DNA from: Deltaproteobacteria bacterium
Lineage (GTDB): Bacteria > Myxococcota_A > Polyangia > Fen-1088
Reading direction: 5' to 3'
Assembly (NCBI GenBank): GCA_033763315.1
Contig: JANRKS010000031.1
Coordinates: forward strand, 239,015-303,014
Length of the DNA stretch: 64,000 nucleotides
Positions 19,629-29,362 of the stretch are shown here, piece after piece. Position numbers and translations under genes: made by a program. The notes below the pieces were generated by a model. It saw nothing but the letters and a program-made list of their open reading frames with translations, did no database searches and had not been told where the DNA came from. Position 1 is the stretch's first letter; the number at the start of each line of letters is the position of its first letter.

Positions 19629-20921
19629 ATGGCAGCGAATGCAAGAGAGAGAATCGATTCGTGGGTAGGGCAGCTCTTGGCGAACACACCACAAGCTGAG
19701 GGCGTCGCGATAGTGCTGGTTCACGCGGCAGTCGACCAAACGCAAAGGGTCGTCAAATCCTGGCGCCTAGAGGATGCCGTCACGAACCTCGAGGCATTGG
19801 TCACAGAGATTGACGAAGTTGCCGAGGGGGACGCAGAGGGATTGGGGGGCCGGCAGCGTTACCTCCTTAAGGCGCAAGTGCGTGGCAAAGACATTGGCAG
19901 CATGGCTGTGCGCTACGAGTTGCGTAACGACGGCGGCACGGCGGCGGTAGATAGCGAGCCTGCCACCACGGCAGGCAGCATGGCGCTTTTGCAGCGGCAT
20001 GCCGAAGGAGCGATGCGGATGATGGTGCAAAGCTTTGGCGGCGTCATCGAATCCTACAAAGAGCAAGTCAACGCGCAAAAGGCACTGATCGCGGAGTTCC
20101 AAAAGCAGGCAGCCGATAACTTCCGGCTGCAAGAAGAGCTGGCCTCACGCAAGCTCGAACAAGACCTGCTGCTGCAAGAGCGTCAGACGCAGCTGCAACT
20201 GAGCGCCGCCAAAGAGGCGAACGAGATTCAAAAGAGCCAACTTCTTTGGGGTCACGGCCTAACGACACTTATGAAAATGGCGCCGTCGTTCTTGTATTAC
20301 GTTTCGGGTGGCAAGGCTGGTACCCGTCCCGAGGAGTTACTCGACGCAAAGGCGACACCAACGCCCGTAAGTGATCAAATTTCTGACGAGCAAGAGCGGC
20401 AACTGTTCGGCAACGCTACGGAAGACACCATCGCTGCGTGGAAAGCCGAGCTTGCTCCCGCGCAAGTCGAGTACCTCATGGCACGGCTCGCCGATTACCG
20501 CGCACGCAATCCTGCCGTCGTTTCGTCAAACGGCGACCCGAGCGTTGCCCCCACGCATGCACCACTCCGTAAAGCGGATACCGCGCTCGCCCAGTTTGCG
20601 ACCCATCTTTACGAAACGCTCGCCCGCCATAGGCACGTACTGCAACCGTTGGCGATGGCACTCATGGCTCGACAAAATTTCGCGAGCCTGTCCGAGGACG
20701 ATGCGCGTCTACTTGGAAAGGTTGCAGCCGACGCTGGAATCGACGGTGTGGCCGAAAGCCAAGGGGGCGAGCGACTATGGATGGCGCTGCTATCCCAAGA
20801 GCTGATGTCGCTTGCTCCCATCGTGACCGGGCTCAACGCCGGAAAGACTTGGTCGGGACTCCCCCAAGGGGACAAGCTGCTGCTCTTGAAGATGGCACAG
20901 CAGGTGGGACAATTGGGCTAG
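19629..20921 (+). CDS. Coiled-coil hypothetical protein
   Basis: SD GGGAGGT; 430 aa with a Gln/Glu/Leu-rich central helix. Confidence 0.8.
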   Translation: MAANARERIDSWVGQLLANTPQAEGVAIVLVHAAVDQTQRVVKSWRLEDAVTNLEALVTEIDEVAEGDAEGLGGRQRYLLKAQVRGKDIGSMAVRYELRNDGGTAAVDSEPATTAGSMALLQRHAEGAMRMMVQSFGGVIESYKEQVNAQKALIAEFQKQAADNFRLQEELASRKLEQDLLLQERQTQLQLSAAKEANEIQKSQLLWGHGLTTLMKMAPSFLYYVSGGKAGTRPEELLDAKATPTPVSDQISDEQERQLFGNATEDTIAAWKAELAPAQVEYLMARLADYRARNPAVVSSNGDPSVAPTHAPLRKADTALAQFATHLYETLARHRHVLQPLAMALMARQNFASLSEDDARLLGKVAADAGIDGVAESQGGERLWMALLSQELMSLAPIVTGLNAGKTWSGLPQGDKLLLLKMAQQVGQLG

Positions 20922-21207
20922 GTTTGGTGCGCAAGCCCAAGTGTCAATGAAACGTAAAAGATGACTCGTGACAGCTAGAAAATAGACTGTTAGAGTAAAT
21001 GTCAGAACACTGGCTCTTGTCAAAAGTGCAGCGGTGGGCCAGGCCCGAGTCGGGATGTCGCATGCGCGGTGCGTTGTGGTGGAGACGGGGCGGCCGAAAC
21101 TGGGCGGTTAGCGCGGGTTCACATTCACGAATGGGTGCTGGCCCGCTTGGTCTGCAGATTGCTTTACGGCCAGTTCATGGGAAAGCGGCGCCTGGAGGAC
21201 AAGACGG

Positions 21208-21408
21208 ATGGTCAATGAGCTGCGATGCAAAGGTTGCAAGACGTTGCTTGGGACCGACGACGATGAAGGTCTCGTCATCCGCCGCGGCGGCATGCAGGCA
21301 ACGGTGCCTCACGCAGAGACGGCATCGATTGTCTGTTACAAGTGCGGACGACTCAACTCAATGATCTTGGCGGCGGGGCGGGCGTCTGCGAACGACGCAG
21401 ACAAATAG
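21208..21408 (+). CDS. Com-like zinc-finger protein
   Basis: ELRCKGCKTLLG...CYKCGRLN; SD GGAGG. Confidence 0.75.
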   Translation: MVNELRCKGCKTLLGTDDDEGLVIRRGGMQATVPHAETASIVCYKCGRLNSMILAAGRASANDADK

Positions 21409-21542
21409 ACTACCGTCGAAGGCTTGAAATATTTTTGACCTAACCGACTGTTTGGATCGTTCAAACGTACGAAGAGCGCATTTGACGCCAAAACCTACGC
21501 GGCCCTCGTGAGCGCATGACGCCGGCCCGATGGAGGGGCCCT

Positions 21543-22760
21543 ATGTGTAAACGTTGGAAGGCGATGGAATGCGCGTTCGAGCGCAGTGTTGCTGGTGCGG
21601 CGGCTCAGAGTTGGAAGTCGCTCGTAGACGCAGAGCCCGAATTGCTCGGCTACGAAGATGGCAAAGCGCTTCTCAATCATCTTCATGGGCAGATGGGATC
21701 GGATGCGGAGCGAGATAGAATCTTGTCTGCGCTCGTGCAGGCGTCGCGGGTGCGTAGTCCGAGTGGGCATCTTGCGCGCGATCTGATCTGGCTTGCACTA
21801 TGGCCTGGGTTGACGGCACTGCGGCGCCGTCTTGCAGGTTGGGGCGCGGAAGACGAAGATGAGCTTTCCGCTCAAATAGCAATGACGTTCACCGAGGTGC
21901 TCGCGCGCCTTGCGCCGACGACGTCGACGAAGGTCGCGGCGACCTTACTTTGGAACACGCGCAAATACGTCTCACGGCTTTTGCACGAAAGCGTGGTCGC
22001 GCGTGGAACCGAAGTCAGCGTCACCACCGAAAAGATAATGAGTGCCTCGGACACAGCTGGCTGTGACTGGACGGAGTTCATCTCAGATCTCGTCGCCCAG
22101 GCGGGCCCTGATGCCGAACTCGTCTTGGCTTGCGTCGTCGAGGGACTCACTGTGCGCGAGGCGGCGACACGTTGCCAGTTGCCGGCCGAAGCCATCAAGA
22201 AGCGTATGCAGCGAGTGATGCGGCGGTTGCGCGCGAACGTTTCTGCGAATTTTGCGCAGTCTGATGTCCCTTTTTCCGCAGAAAAAGAGCTTATAGGAGG
22301 TGAAAGACGCAAACGCTTGGGGCCTGACCAACGGGAAGAAGTTGGCGAGCGAGCCCGCGCAGCGCAACCGGAGGCAAGGCATGTGCTCGAAAAGCAAATG
22401 GCTCCCGTCGACAAAGCTCAAGCTCGAAAGACGCGCCCGGCATTACACACGCGTCGTCGGATACGAAGCCACCTTCGCCACCTGCGGCGCCTGGGAGGTG
22501 CATGCAGAGCGCTTAGAAAAACCAAGGACGCAGACGCCATGAAGACGATGACATTACCCGTGGCGGTGTTGGTGGCGCCCGCCAACGAGCGAAGTTTGTC
22601 GGGCGCCGAGAAGGTGGTGGCCTATTGCGATGTGTGTCGGCGTTGGGGCGAGCGAGGCAGCCTTCACGTTTGCGGCGAGAACTGGAGCGAACACCTGCTC
22701 TCCGTTTTGGCCATCACAGGACAAAGCACAGCAGCACCCACCACGAGGAGGCCCCAATGA
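21543..22760 (+). CDS. Phage-type sigma-70 region 4/ECF-like protein; the 3' part may be a separate gene from ATG 22539
   Basis: LVLACVVEGLTVREAATRCQLPAEAIKKRMQR HTH; the long C-terminal extension looks unrelated. Confidence 0.65.
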   Translation: MCKRWKAMECAFERSVAGAAAQSWKSLVDAEPELLGYEDGKALLNHLHGQMGSDAERDRILSALVQASRVRSPSGHLARDLIWLALWPGLTALRRRLAGWGAEDEDELSAQIAMTFTEVLARLAPTTSTKVAATLLWNTRKYVSRLLHESVVARGTEVSVTTEKIMSASDTAGCDWTEFISDLVAQAGPDAELVLACVVEGLTVREAATRCQLPAEAIKKRMQRVMRRLRANVSANFAQSDVPFSAEKELIGGERRKRLGPDQREEVGERARAAQPEARHVLEKQMAPVDKAQARKTRPALHTRRRIRSHLRHLRRLGGACRALRKTKDADAMKTMTLPVAVLVAPANERSLSGAEKVVAYCDVCRRWGERGSLHVCGENWSEHLLSVLAITGQSTAAPTTRRPQ

Positions 22761-23128
22761 AGATTCACATCGCCGCTCGCCGCGTTCTGTTGCCGAAGGC
22801 TAGCGCCGTCGCCGAACACCTCGAAGCCGCTGGGCATCGGGTGGTGTCACGCTGGCTTCGTGGTCCTGCCAAGCGCGCGACGCTAGCGGAGCAAGCCATG
22901 GGGGACATGACGGACATCGCGGTCGCCGACTGTCTGGTGCTGATCGGGGAAAAGGCCGACGAGGAAACGGGAGCGCAGCGAGATTGTGAGCGTTACGTGG
23001 AGTTTGGGTACGCGCTCAAGTCAGGAAAACGCCTTTGTGTCTTTGGTCCCCTCGAGACCGCGTTCGGGCACTTAGAGCACGTACAACAATATCGCTCGAT
23101 CCGGGAGCTTCTCGATGGGTTGCGCTAA
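22757..23128 (+). CDS. Nucleoside 2-deoxyribosyltransferase-like protein
   Basis: KIHIAA..LEAAGHRVVSRW..DMTDIAVAD..VEFGYA..GK; SD GAGGAG. Confidence 0.7.
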   Translation: MKIHIAARRVLLPKASAVAEHLEAAGHRVVSRWLRGPAKRATLAEQAMGDMTDIAVADCLVLIGEKADEETGAQRDCERYVEFGYALKSGKRLCVFGPLETAFGHLEHVQQYRSIRELLDGLR

Positions 23129-23432
23129 TCGAAAGGGCGCCTTGCCCGACGCCGCTCAAGCGCTGCTTGCCGAGCACGAGGCGAAGCTCGAGGCTTTGGC
23201 AAAGTTATACGTGGGTAAAGTCGAGGCCGTACGGGCGGCGCGGGAAAAGGCCATCGCCACGATTCGCTCGAAGGCGAGTCAAGCGCTCATCGAGCTCGTC
23301 GCGGATTTCGAGAAAGAGCGTTCGATCATGCTGGTGAAGTGTGCGCTCGCATGTGAGGGCGCCCGGGGCGAGCCCGATGCCGCCGCCGCAGACGGGGTTC
23401 CACGCCGTCAACGCAGAACTGGAGCCAACTGA
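23115..23432 (+). CDS. Helical hypothetical protein
   Basis: Overlaps the upstream gene; coiled-coil-like. Confidence 0.55.
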   Translation: MGCANRKGALPDAAQALLAEHEAKLEALAKLYVGKVEAVRAAREKAIATIRSKASQALIELVADFEKERSIMLVKCALACEGARGEPDAAAADGVPRRQRRTGAN

Positions 23433-23746
23433 TGCTCCCTGCAAGTGCTCTTAATGAGCCGTGCAGAAGTCGTGTAACCAAAGGGCATGGCTTCGACATA
23501 TGGGCTCAGTATTTCGCCGACCCACGTCTCGGCGCCACCAGCGCACTTCATTTGGCAGCGATGGCAGTGGACTTACCGACGCACCGTGGGCATGAGCATA
23601 GGGCTCGACGTCTCTTGCTCGTTGAAGGTGTCATCGCGGGACCACGAGGGCGAACGAAGTTTGTCGCCGCCAGGCTCTTTGCAAAAGAGCGCGGAGCGCG
23701 CGCTCGAAACGACCAGTTTTCAAACGTAGGAGAGGAGGCGATGCAC

Positions 23747-24118
23747 ATGACCGATAAGGAGTTGTCCGAATTTGGCGGCAAGCTTTATGAAGCCGTGTTG
23801 TTCACGCCGCTTCCAGCCGCCACGGTCTTCAGCTTGGCGCTCGCCGTTCGGCAAGCCATTCCGTGGGCGCACCTACCGCAGCATCTAAAGTTCGCGGTGT
23901 TCAAGATTGCCGCCAGTTGCACAGGCGAAGTGGTGGCCGATGCGCCGTCGCACGCGGCGAGCGACGCTGCGCCAGAGAGTCACACAAGTTCAGGCGCCGT
24001 GGTGGACCACGTGCCGCTCCGCGACGATGTGGATGTCGAGCCAAGCGTCAGCGCCGAACAAGTTGGCGCCTCGCTGCCTGGCACATCAGCAGGAGATGGC
24101 GAAGCGTCAGCGGCCTAA
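23747..24118 (+). CDS. Hypothetical protein
   Basis: SD AGGAGG; alternative ATG at 23741. Confidence 0.65.
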   Translation: MTDKELSEFGGKLYEAVLFTPLPAATVFSLALAVRQAIPWAHLPQHLKFAVFKIAASCTGEVVADAPSHAASDAAPESHTSSGAVVDHVPLRDDVDVEPSVSAEQVGASLPGTSAGDGEASAA

Positions 24119-24171
24119 GGCCGCGAGGGGTTGGAAAAGTTCGTTTCACGCCTTGGGAAGGGGATAAAGAC

Positions 24172-24702
24172 ATGGCACTCGATTCATTGACACGGACACC
24201 GTCAGGAGGGCTCGAACAAAGCCGCCGCGCGCCTTCGGTGCTCGAACGCTTGGCAGCGGGGCAAAACCGGTTCTTGCGGCTAAGCGGGCGACCGTCGGGA
24301 ACAGGGCAAAACAACGAGGGGCTGATGCACAGGCTCAAAGCCGCCGGCATCGCGCAAGCCGAATCGGGCGCCGTGTCGCTCGCGCTTGGGTATCTCGCCG
24401 CGCGCTCCCCAGAACACTTGCGTGTGGGGCCGCTGCCGCTTGAGTTCCTGATGGGTGTGGGCAGCCACGCGGTAGCGCTCATCGCCTCGCCCGAGGCCGC
24501 TGTCCATCTGCACTCGGTAGGCACAGGGGCCATCGATTCCTTTTTGAATTCGCTTGGCCGAGGCTTTGGCCGGCGGGCTCGTAAGGCGGCCGGGCTACCG
24601 CCGCCAGCAGAAACATTCTTGGCTGGCGACGACGGTGCCGAGACATCGGGGGGCGGCGCGCTTTCGGACGAAGAGCTCGCAAGTCTTGCAAGGCGAATCT
24701 GA
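24172..24702 (+). CDS. Gly/Ala-rich putative virion membrane protein
   Basis: Weakly hydrophobic helices, acidic tail; directly upstream of the capsid candidate. Confidence 0.65.
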   Translation: MALDSLTRTPSGGLEQSRRAPSVLERLAAGQNRFLRLSGRPSGTGQNNEGLMHRLKAAGIAQAESGAVSLALGYLAARSPEHLRVGPLPLEFLMGVGSHAVALIASPEAAVHLHSVGTGAIDSFLNSLGRGFGRRARKAAGLPPPAETFLAGDDGAETSGGGALSDEELASLARRI

Positions 24703-24798
24703 CGAATTTTGTGAAATGCCCGCGCAGCGCGCGGCATAGAGCAGCGCGGTCGAGGGTCGAAGGGTTTGTGGAATTTCAATTGTGGGGAGGACACGCAA

Positions 24799-25473
24799 AT
24801 GCACACGGACATCATGGGTGACGATTTTCTCGGCGACGACTTGGGCGACGATTTGGAGGGCGAAGAGCTCGGCGAAGACGAACTCGGCGACGACATCATG
24901 GGTGACGACATCATGGGCGATGAACTCGTCGGCGTAGACGACATCCTTGGTGACGACATCATGGGCGACTACTTGGTGGGTGCTCAAGCGGCGCGACGCC
25001 GAAGACTTCGCCAGGCACGGCCAGCCGTTTCAGCCGCCGCGGCGGCGAATGCGAAGAAGGCTCTCATGCGCAAGGCGATTTTGGCCAAGCGCTTGCGAAA
25101 CGCGGCCATCGTCCACAAGCGTGGTCCAAGCAAAAGCCGTGTGCAGCCACTCGGCTTTAGCCGCGAGGCGATTGCGCCTGGTGATACGACCGAAATTACG
25201 GCACGGCCACAGGTGCTGTTTCGTGGCCGCCGTTTGCTGGTGGGGTCGACGATCGCGGGCAGTTTCACCATTGAAGACATCAAGGTGGGCCGCAACAGCC
25301 AATTCGTAGGCACGGGCCCGCAACCGGCGGAAGCGTTCCGCGACACGGCAACTGGCGACAATATCTCGCTCGATACGTGCAAGCCTGGCGTCGACATCAG
25401 CATCACGGTCCGCAACATCACGGGTGCGGCGGCGGACTTTCGCGCGACACTGTTCGGCGACGTGGTCGAGTAG
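24799..25473 (+). CDS. Candidate single-jelly-roll major capsid protein with acidic repeat propeptide and basic linker
   Basis: SD GGAGGA; C-terminal ~112 aa of alternating beta-strands (QPLGF..TEITARPQVLFRGRRLLV..FTIEDIKVG..ISITVRN..FRATLFG). The fold is inferred. Confidence 0.6.
   Translation: MHTDIMGDDFLGDDLGDDLEGEELGEDELGDDIMGDDIMGDELVGVDDILGDDIMGDYLVGAQAARRRRLRQARPAVSAAAAANAKKALMRKAILAKRLRNAAIVHKRGPSKSRVQPLGFSREAIAPGDTTEITARPQVLFRGRRLLVGSTIAGSFTIEDIKVGRNSQFVGTGPQPAEAFRDTATGDNISLDTCKPGVDISITVRNITGAAADFRATLFGDVVE
24808..24981 (+). repeat. 12 tandem Gly-terminated acidic peptide units (DDIMG-like; 12-18 bp)
   Basis: DIMG DDFLG DDLG DDLEG EELG EDELG DDIMG DDIMG DELVG VDDILG DDIMG DYLVG; gacatcatggg occurs four times. 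Confidence 0.92.
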
Positions 25474-25712
25474 GGCGAGCAGCCGAGAAGCGATTTCAAA
25501 CGGGCGGCGGGTAGGGGAGGGAAGAACGCGCGCGCGTTCACAAGAAGAGCCGCGCAGTGGACGCGGCCATCAGCTGCGACGGCGGCTGCAAGGGGGGAGA
25601 GGGCGGCGGCGTGGAGTGTCGAGGCAGTGGCGGCGGGAGAAGCGGGGCCCGAGGCGTCGATAGCCGAAGCATGGCGAAGGCGCCTCGGGCCAGGCGGGAA
25701 GAAGGTGCACCG

Positions 25713-26198
25713 ATGATGCAACCAGTGGTCTTCAAGGTTCAGTTGTTTAAAGACGCAGACGATCGGCCTCGCTCGCAGGAAGCGCTGCTGTGGATGCTCG
25801 AAGCGCTTTGTAAGATCAACGACGGCCATCTCGCCGAGCGGCCTTACCCACCGCTTTACGAATCGGGTGTGCGGTACCAACGGGAACTCGGCACCGAAGA
25901 GTGGCTCGACATTCCGTCAATCATTCAAGCGGGGTGGGGCGACTGCGAAGATTTGGCGTGTTGGCGTGTCGCGGAACTCCGCCGGCAGGGGCAGCACGCG
26001 GGACCTTATGTGCGGTACCGAAGCCTCGACGGCGTTTTTCATTACCACGCGCTCGTCATGCGCTATCGGCGTGTGCTTCGACCCGGTCCTAGGGGTCGCT
26101 TGGTGGAAAGCTTCGTGCCCGACCATATCGAAGATCCGTCGAAGAAATTGGGCATGGGCTCGGCCGCCGATGCCATCCAAAGGGAGCTCGAATCGTGA
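25713..26198 (+). CDS. Transglutaminase-like cysteine protease
   Basis: GDCEDLACWR (Cys), YHALV (His), EDPS (Asp) triad order. Confidence 0.8.
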   Translation: MMQPVVFKVQLFKDADDRPRSQEALLWMLEALCKINDGHLAERPYPPLYESGVRYQRELGTEEWLDIPSIIQAGWGDCEDLACWRVAELRRQGQHAGPYVRYRSLDGVFHYHALVMRYRRVLRPGPRGRLVESFVPDHIEDPSKKLGMGSAADAIQRELES

Positions 26199-26911
26199 TT
26201 CTCTTTGCCGGCATCGCCCTTGCCATCGTGCTCTTGGCCCTTTTTCGCAAAGGCGCGAGCAACGAGGAGATTGTCTCGAGGCTTAGCAAGCAAACAGATC
26301 CGCGCGTCGTCGCCATTGCGGCGAAGCTCTTGTCGGAGCGGGGCATGAGACTCACGGCCGAGGTGCTCGAAGCGCGCGCAAAGCGACTGGCTGCGGGCAA
26401 CAATGCGGTAAGCGGTGATGAAGGTGCATCGACACTGCGCTCGCCGTTTTTGGCGGCGTCAGATGGAGCGTGGACCAATTTTGTGCGGCTACTGGTGCAA
26501 AGCGATCCGCACGCAAGGTCTTCGCGAGGAAGGCTCGGTCGTTTCGATATTCATCTACGCCGGCTCGAAGAAATCGGGTGGGTGACTGGGGTTCGCTTCA
26601 ACGAAGAAGGGGTGGCACAGGCCAAGTGGGTGCCACCCATGAGCGAAGAGCGCTTCCTAGCCGATGCATGGGCGCAATACCGGGCGCTCGTAGCGACGCT
26701 CAAGCTTTGTCGCCGTCAACTCGTGGGTTGTGGCGTCGACGCGGCCACGGGAGCGCCGGTCAAGGATTCAGGGCCCACATTGTCGGGTGTCTTGGCGGTG
26801 GCCCATCGATTGGGGGCGGAGGGCGCAGTCAAGTGGCTGCGCTCGCCGCTCGAGCGGGCTCGGCAGCCGGTGGCAACGGCGCTGTTTAGGAGCGCGAACG
26901 GACTTTTCTAG
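26195..26911 (+). CDS. N-terminally anchored protein with lysozyme-like domain
   Basis: N-terminal TM; GRLGRF..L..IG, FLAD..AQ, TLSGVLAVAHRLG..G..KWL. Confidence 0.55.
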   Translation: MILFAGIALAIVLLALFRKGASNEEIVSRLSKQTDPRVVAIAAKLLSERGMRLTAEVLEARAKRLAAGNNAVSGDEGASTLRSPFLAASDGAWTNFVRLLVQSDPHARSSRGRLGRFDIHLRRLEEIGWVTGVRFNEEGVAQAKWVPPMSEERFLADAWAQYRALVATLKLCRRQLVGCGVDAATGAPVKDSGPTLSGVLAVAHRLGAEGAVKWLRSPLERARQPVATALFRSANGLF

Positions 26912-26922
26912 GAGGACGCACG

Positions 26923-28254
26923 ATGCACATCCAAGGCGACATAAAGATTTGGTCTGACGGACACAAAGTGTGCGCTCGACTCGAGGCCGATGGCCCCGAG
27001 GGTCCCATCGTCATTCAAGCCTCTGCACCGATAGGTCCCGTGAGACGCAAAATGGCCCGCGTGTTCGCTCGCCAAGGCGTCACTGTGTCGGGCGCGGACC
27101 CCGCGTTTGCCGCCAAGGTGCAACAAGTGGCGAGGCGCAAAGCGCTCAAGCGTCTACAGCGCATGGCCCCGGGAGCGTTTCGCAAAGGCGGGCTCGGTCC
27201 CTACCTTGCGCAACAAGAGCTGCTCAAGCGCAAGAAGCGTCGACGCGCGTTGGCTGGGGCCGGGCGACCGGTGGGGGCAAAGCCCGTGGGACCACTGCCA
27301 GCCAAGAAGACTCGACCCGCCCCGCAAAACTGGCGCGCACGAATGCGCGCGACGGCACGTGGGCCGGCCGGAGGGCCGCGCGCTCTTTTGCCTGCGACAC
27401 CGAAGAAGGTGGCTGCGCTCATGGCGCCTTCGTCGCTGCTCGTGCGCCCGTCAATACCGCGGCCCATACCGTCGCGCAGCCCTGGAGGTGGACGTGGTGG
27501 CGGTAGTGCCCACGGCTCATCGTCGGATAGGCCTGGGGCCGCTGCGCGTGAAGAGGACGGACTCGATGCGGCAAGCGAAGCCAGGGACGAACAAAGTCAA
27601 GCGCCGACCGGGCAAGATGAGGAATACGCCGAAGGTGAAGCCGATGCTGGACAAGACGCTGGGGACGGCGGCGAAGGTGACGAAGCCGACGCCGAAGATG
27701 AAGAAAGCGAAGGCTCCGATGAAGGTGCGGAGCAAGAAGGCGAAAGCGACGGCGTAAGCGGTTACGGTTTTCGCGGCAGGCGTCAACGCTTCGATGAGCG
27801 ACGCCAATTGCAGGCCCGGCGCAACATCGCGATCAAACGACTACGCGCAGCCATGAGGCTCTTGTTGGCGGCGTACCACGATCCAGATGCACGCCAGCGC
27901 ATCGTCGATATCGCAGCCATGGCTGGCGAAGGACATCCCGGCGCGAAGAAGAGCTTCAAGGCTTTGGCGGTGGCTCACAAGCTGCACAAGAAGGCACAGG
28001 TCCGATCGGCCACTAAGGCGCTCGCGCCGCGACGACCCGTTTACGGCAAAGCTTTAGCTACAAGCAAGGCCAAGCCGCAAAACAAGGCTCTCATAGCCAC
28101 GATAACGAAGGCGACTGCGTCGCGAGCATCATCCACGACGAACGCAAAACCAAAAGCGCTCACGGCACCATCGCCACCCTTTACACCGGGTACGCCCGCG
28201 GACGCCGTGAGGTGGTGGGACATCCTGGCGGCTTGGCGACGCGGCATGGGTTGA
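26923..28254 (+). CDS. Low-complexity basic/acidic/basic protein, candidate core or scaffold protein
   Basis: SD GGAGGA; Arg/Lys-rich blocks flank an Asp/Glu block of about 70 aa. Confidence 0.75.
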   Translation: MHIQGDIKIWSDGHKVCARLEADGPEGPIVIQASAPIGPVRRKMARVFARQGVTVSGADPAFAAKVQQVARRKALKRLQRMAPGAFRKGGLGPYLAQQELLKRKKRRRALAGAGRPVGAKPVGPLPAKKTRPAPQNWRARMRATARGPAGGPRALLPATPKKVAALMAPSSLLVRPSIPRPIPSRSPGGGRGGGSAHGSSSDRPGAAAREEDGLDAASEARDEQSQAPTGQDEEYAEGEADAGQDAGDGGEGDEADAEDEESEGSDEGAEQEGESDGVSGYGFRGRRQRFDERRQLQARRNIAIKRLRAAMRLLLAAYHDPDARQRIVDIAAMAGEGHPGAKKSFKALAVAHKLHKKAQVRSATKALAPRRPVYGKALATSKAKPQNKALIATITKATASRASSTTNAKPKALTAPSPPFTPGTPADAVRWWDILAAWRRGMG

Positions 28255-28323
28255 GGACGCGACAAGAGGCGATTCGGCGCAACGTTAAGACCACAAAAAG
28301 GCAACGGCATTACGGGGAGGCAG

Positions 28324-28614
28324 ATGATGGCAAAGCTCGACGAAGTGGAACAAACGGCGATCGATTTCATCAGGGGTGCAGGCCGCTATGGCGTGTATCT
28401 GACGCACTTGGGGCTCGAGGTCGCCGGTGTGGCCGATTGGCTCGAGAACCAAGTTCCACGACTGCGACGCGCATTTGGCCTCATCGCCACGGTGGCCACG
28501 ACGGAATGCGTTCGGGCAGCCGAAGAGTTTCGTGACGTCCATGGCGGGCCGAGTCGCCCACCGAGGGACGAAGAACACCGCCGCAATCACAACGCGTCCG
28601 CCCGGGAAATGTAG
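28324..28614 (+). CDS. Hypothetical protein
   Basis: SD GGAGG; lies within the operon. Confidence 0.55.
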   Translation: MMAKLDEVEQTAIDFIRGAGRYGVYLTHLGLEVAGVADWLENQVPRLRRAFGLIATVATTECVRAAEEFRDVHGGPSRPPRDEEHRRNHNASAREM

Positions 28615-28636
28615 CGACGTTGCCGAGGAGACGACC

Positions 28637-29362
28637 ATGGCAGTGAACGGCACCACGAACTCGCCTTACGAGCCTATCTTCGCCAAGTATGCGGGCGCGA
28701 TTCCGCAGGCGTATTTGCGAACGCTCGCCTACAAGGAAAGCAGCTTCAAAGCTGACGTGGTTCATCCGCAAAGCAATGCCACAGGGCTCTTTCAGATCAC
28801 TAGCATCTGTCTGCAGGGTTTCAACAAGGCCAAGGGTACGGCGTTGAAGCTCGCGCAGCTAAAGGATCCGAATCTCAACACGATTGTGGCTGTCTATCAT
28901 CTCGGCCATGTCATAGGCGTGTACGCCCAAGTCCGATCGCTAAAGCCCGATTGGACGAGCCGCCGTTGGCTCGAACTCCTTACGCTCGGTTGGAATGCGG
29001 GCCACAACGCCATCATCGGCCTTGCAAAACAAATGGAAGCGTCAGGCCTACCGCCCGAGCGCATCACCGTCGATTCCGCAAGCCAGCTCGCGCGAGCGAC
29101 AGGCAAGGGCAAATACGTCGCCGAACCAGATCGCGTGGCTTGGTCGAAAAGCGTGGCAACCATGTTTTTGGGCGGTGGAATCATCCCCACGGGCAAGTCG
29201 CGACTGCGGCAACTGGCGTCGATGTTGCCGGCTCTGCCGGCGGCCAAAGGCGGCGGCATTGCGGTCGCTTTCGCGCTCGCAGCCGCTGGTGCCGCACTGA
29301 TTTTGAAGAAGAAGGAGGCAAGCGATGACTTCACGGGAAGAGCAGCTTATGCCCGCACCTGA
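28637..29362 (+). CDS. Lytic transglycosylase (SLT) with C-terminal membrane anchor
   Basis: AYKESSF, ATGLFQI, LKDP..N, WNAG; hydrophobic tail followed by KKK. Confidence 0.88.
   Translation: MAVNGTTNSPYEPIFAKYAGAIPQAYLRTLAYKESSFKADVVHPQSNATGLFQITSICLQGFNKAKGTALKLAQLKDPNLNTIVAVYHLGHVIGVYAQVRSLKPDWTSRRWLELLTLGWNAGHNAIIGLAKQMEASGLPPERITVDSASQLARATGKGKYVAEPDRVAWSKSVATMFLGGGIIPTGKSRLRQLASMLPALPAAKGGGIAVAFALAAAGAALILKKKEASDDFTGRAAYART

Noticed and set aside
24808-24981. Short repeats as a possible CRISPR array
   Set aside because: They are in-frame coding repeats with no unique spacers, and no cas genes are present.
24048-25880. Long minus-strand ORFs (304 aa and 298 aa)
   Set aside because: They are antisense shadows of GC-rich plus-strand genes that have SD sites and recognisable motifs.
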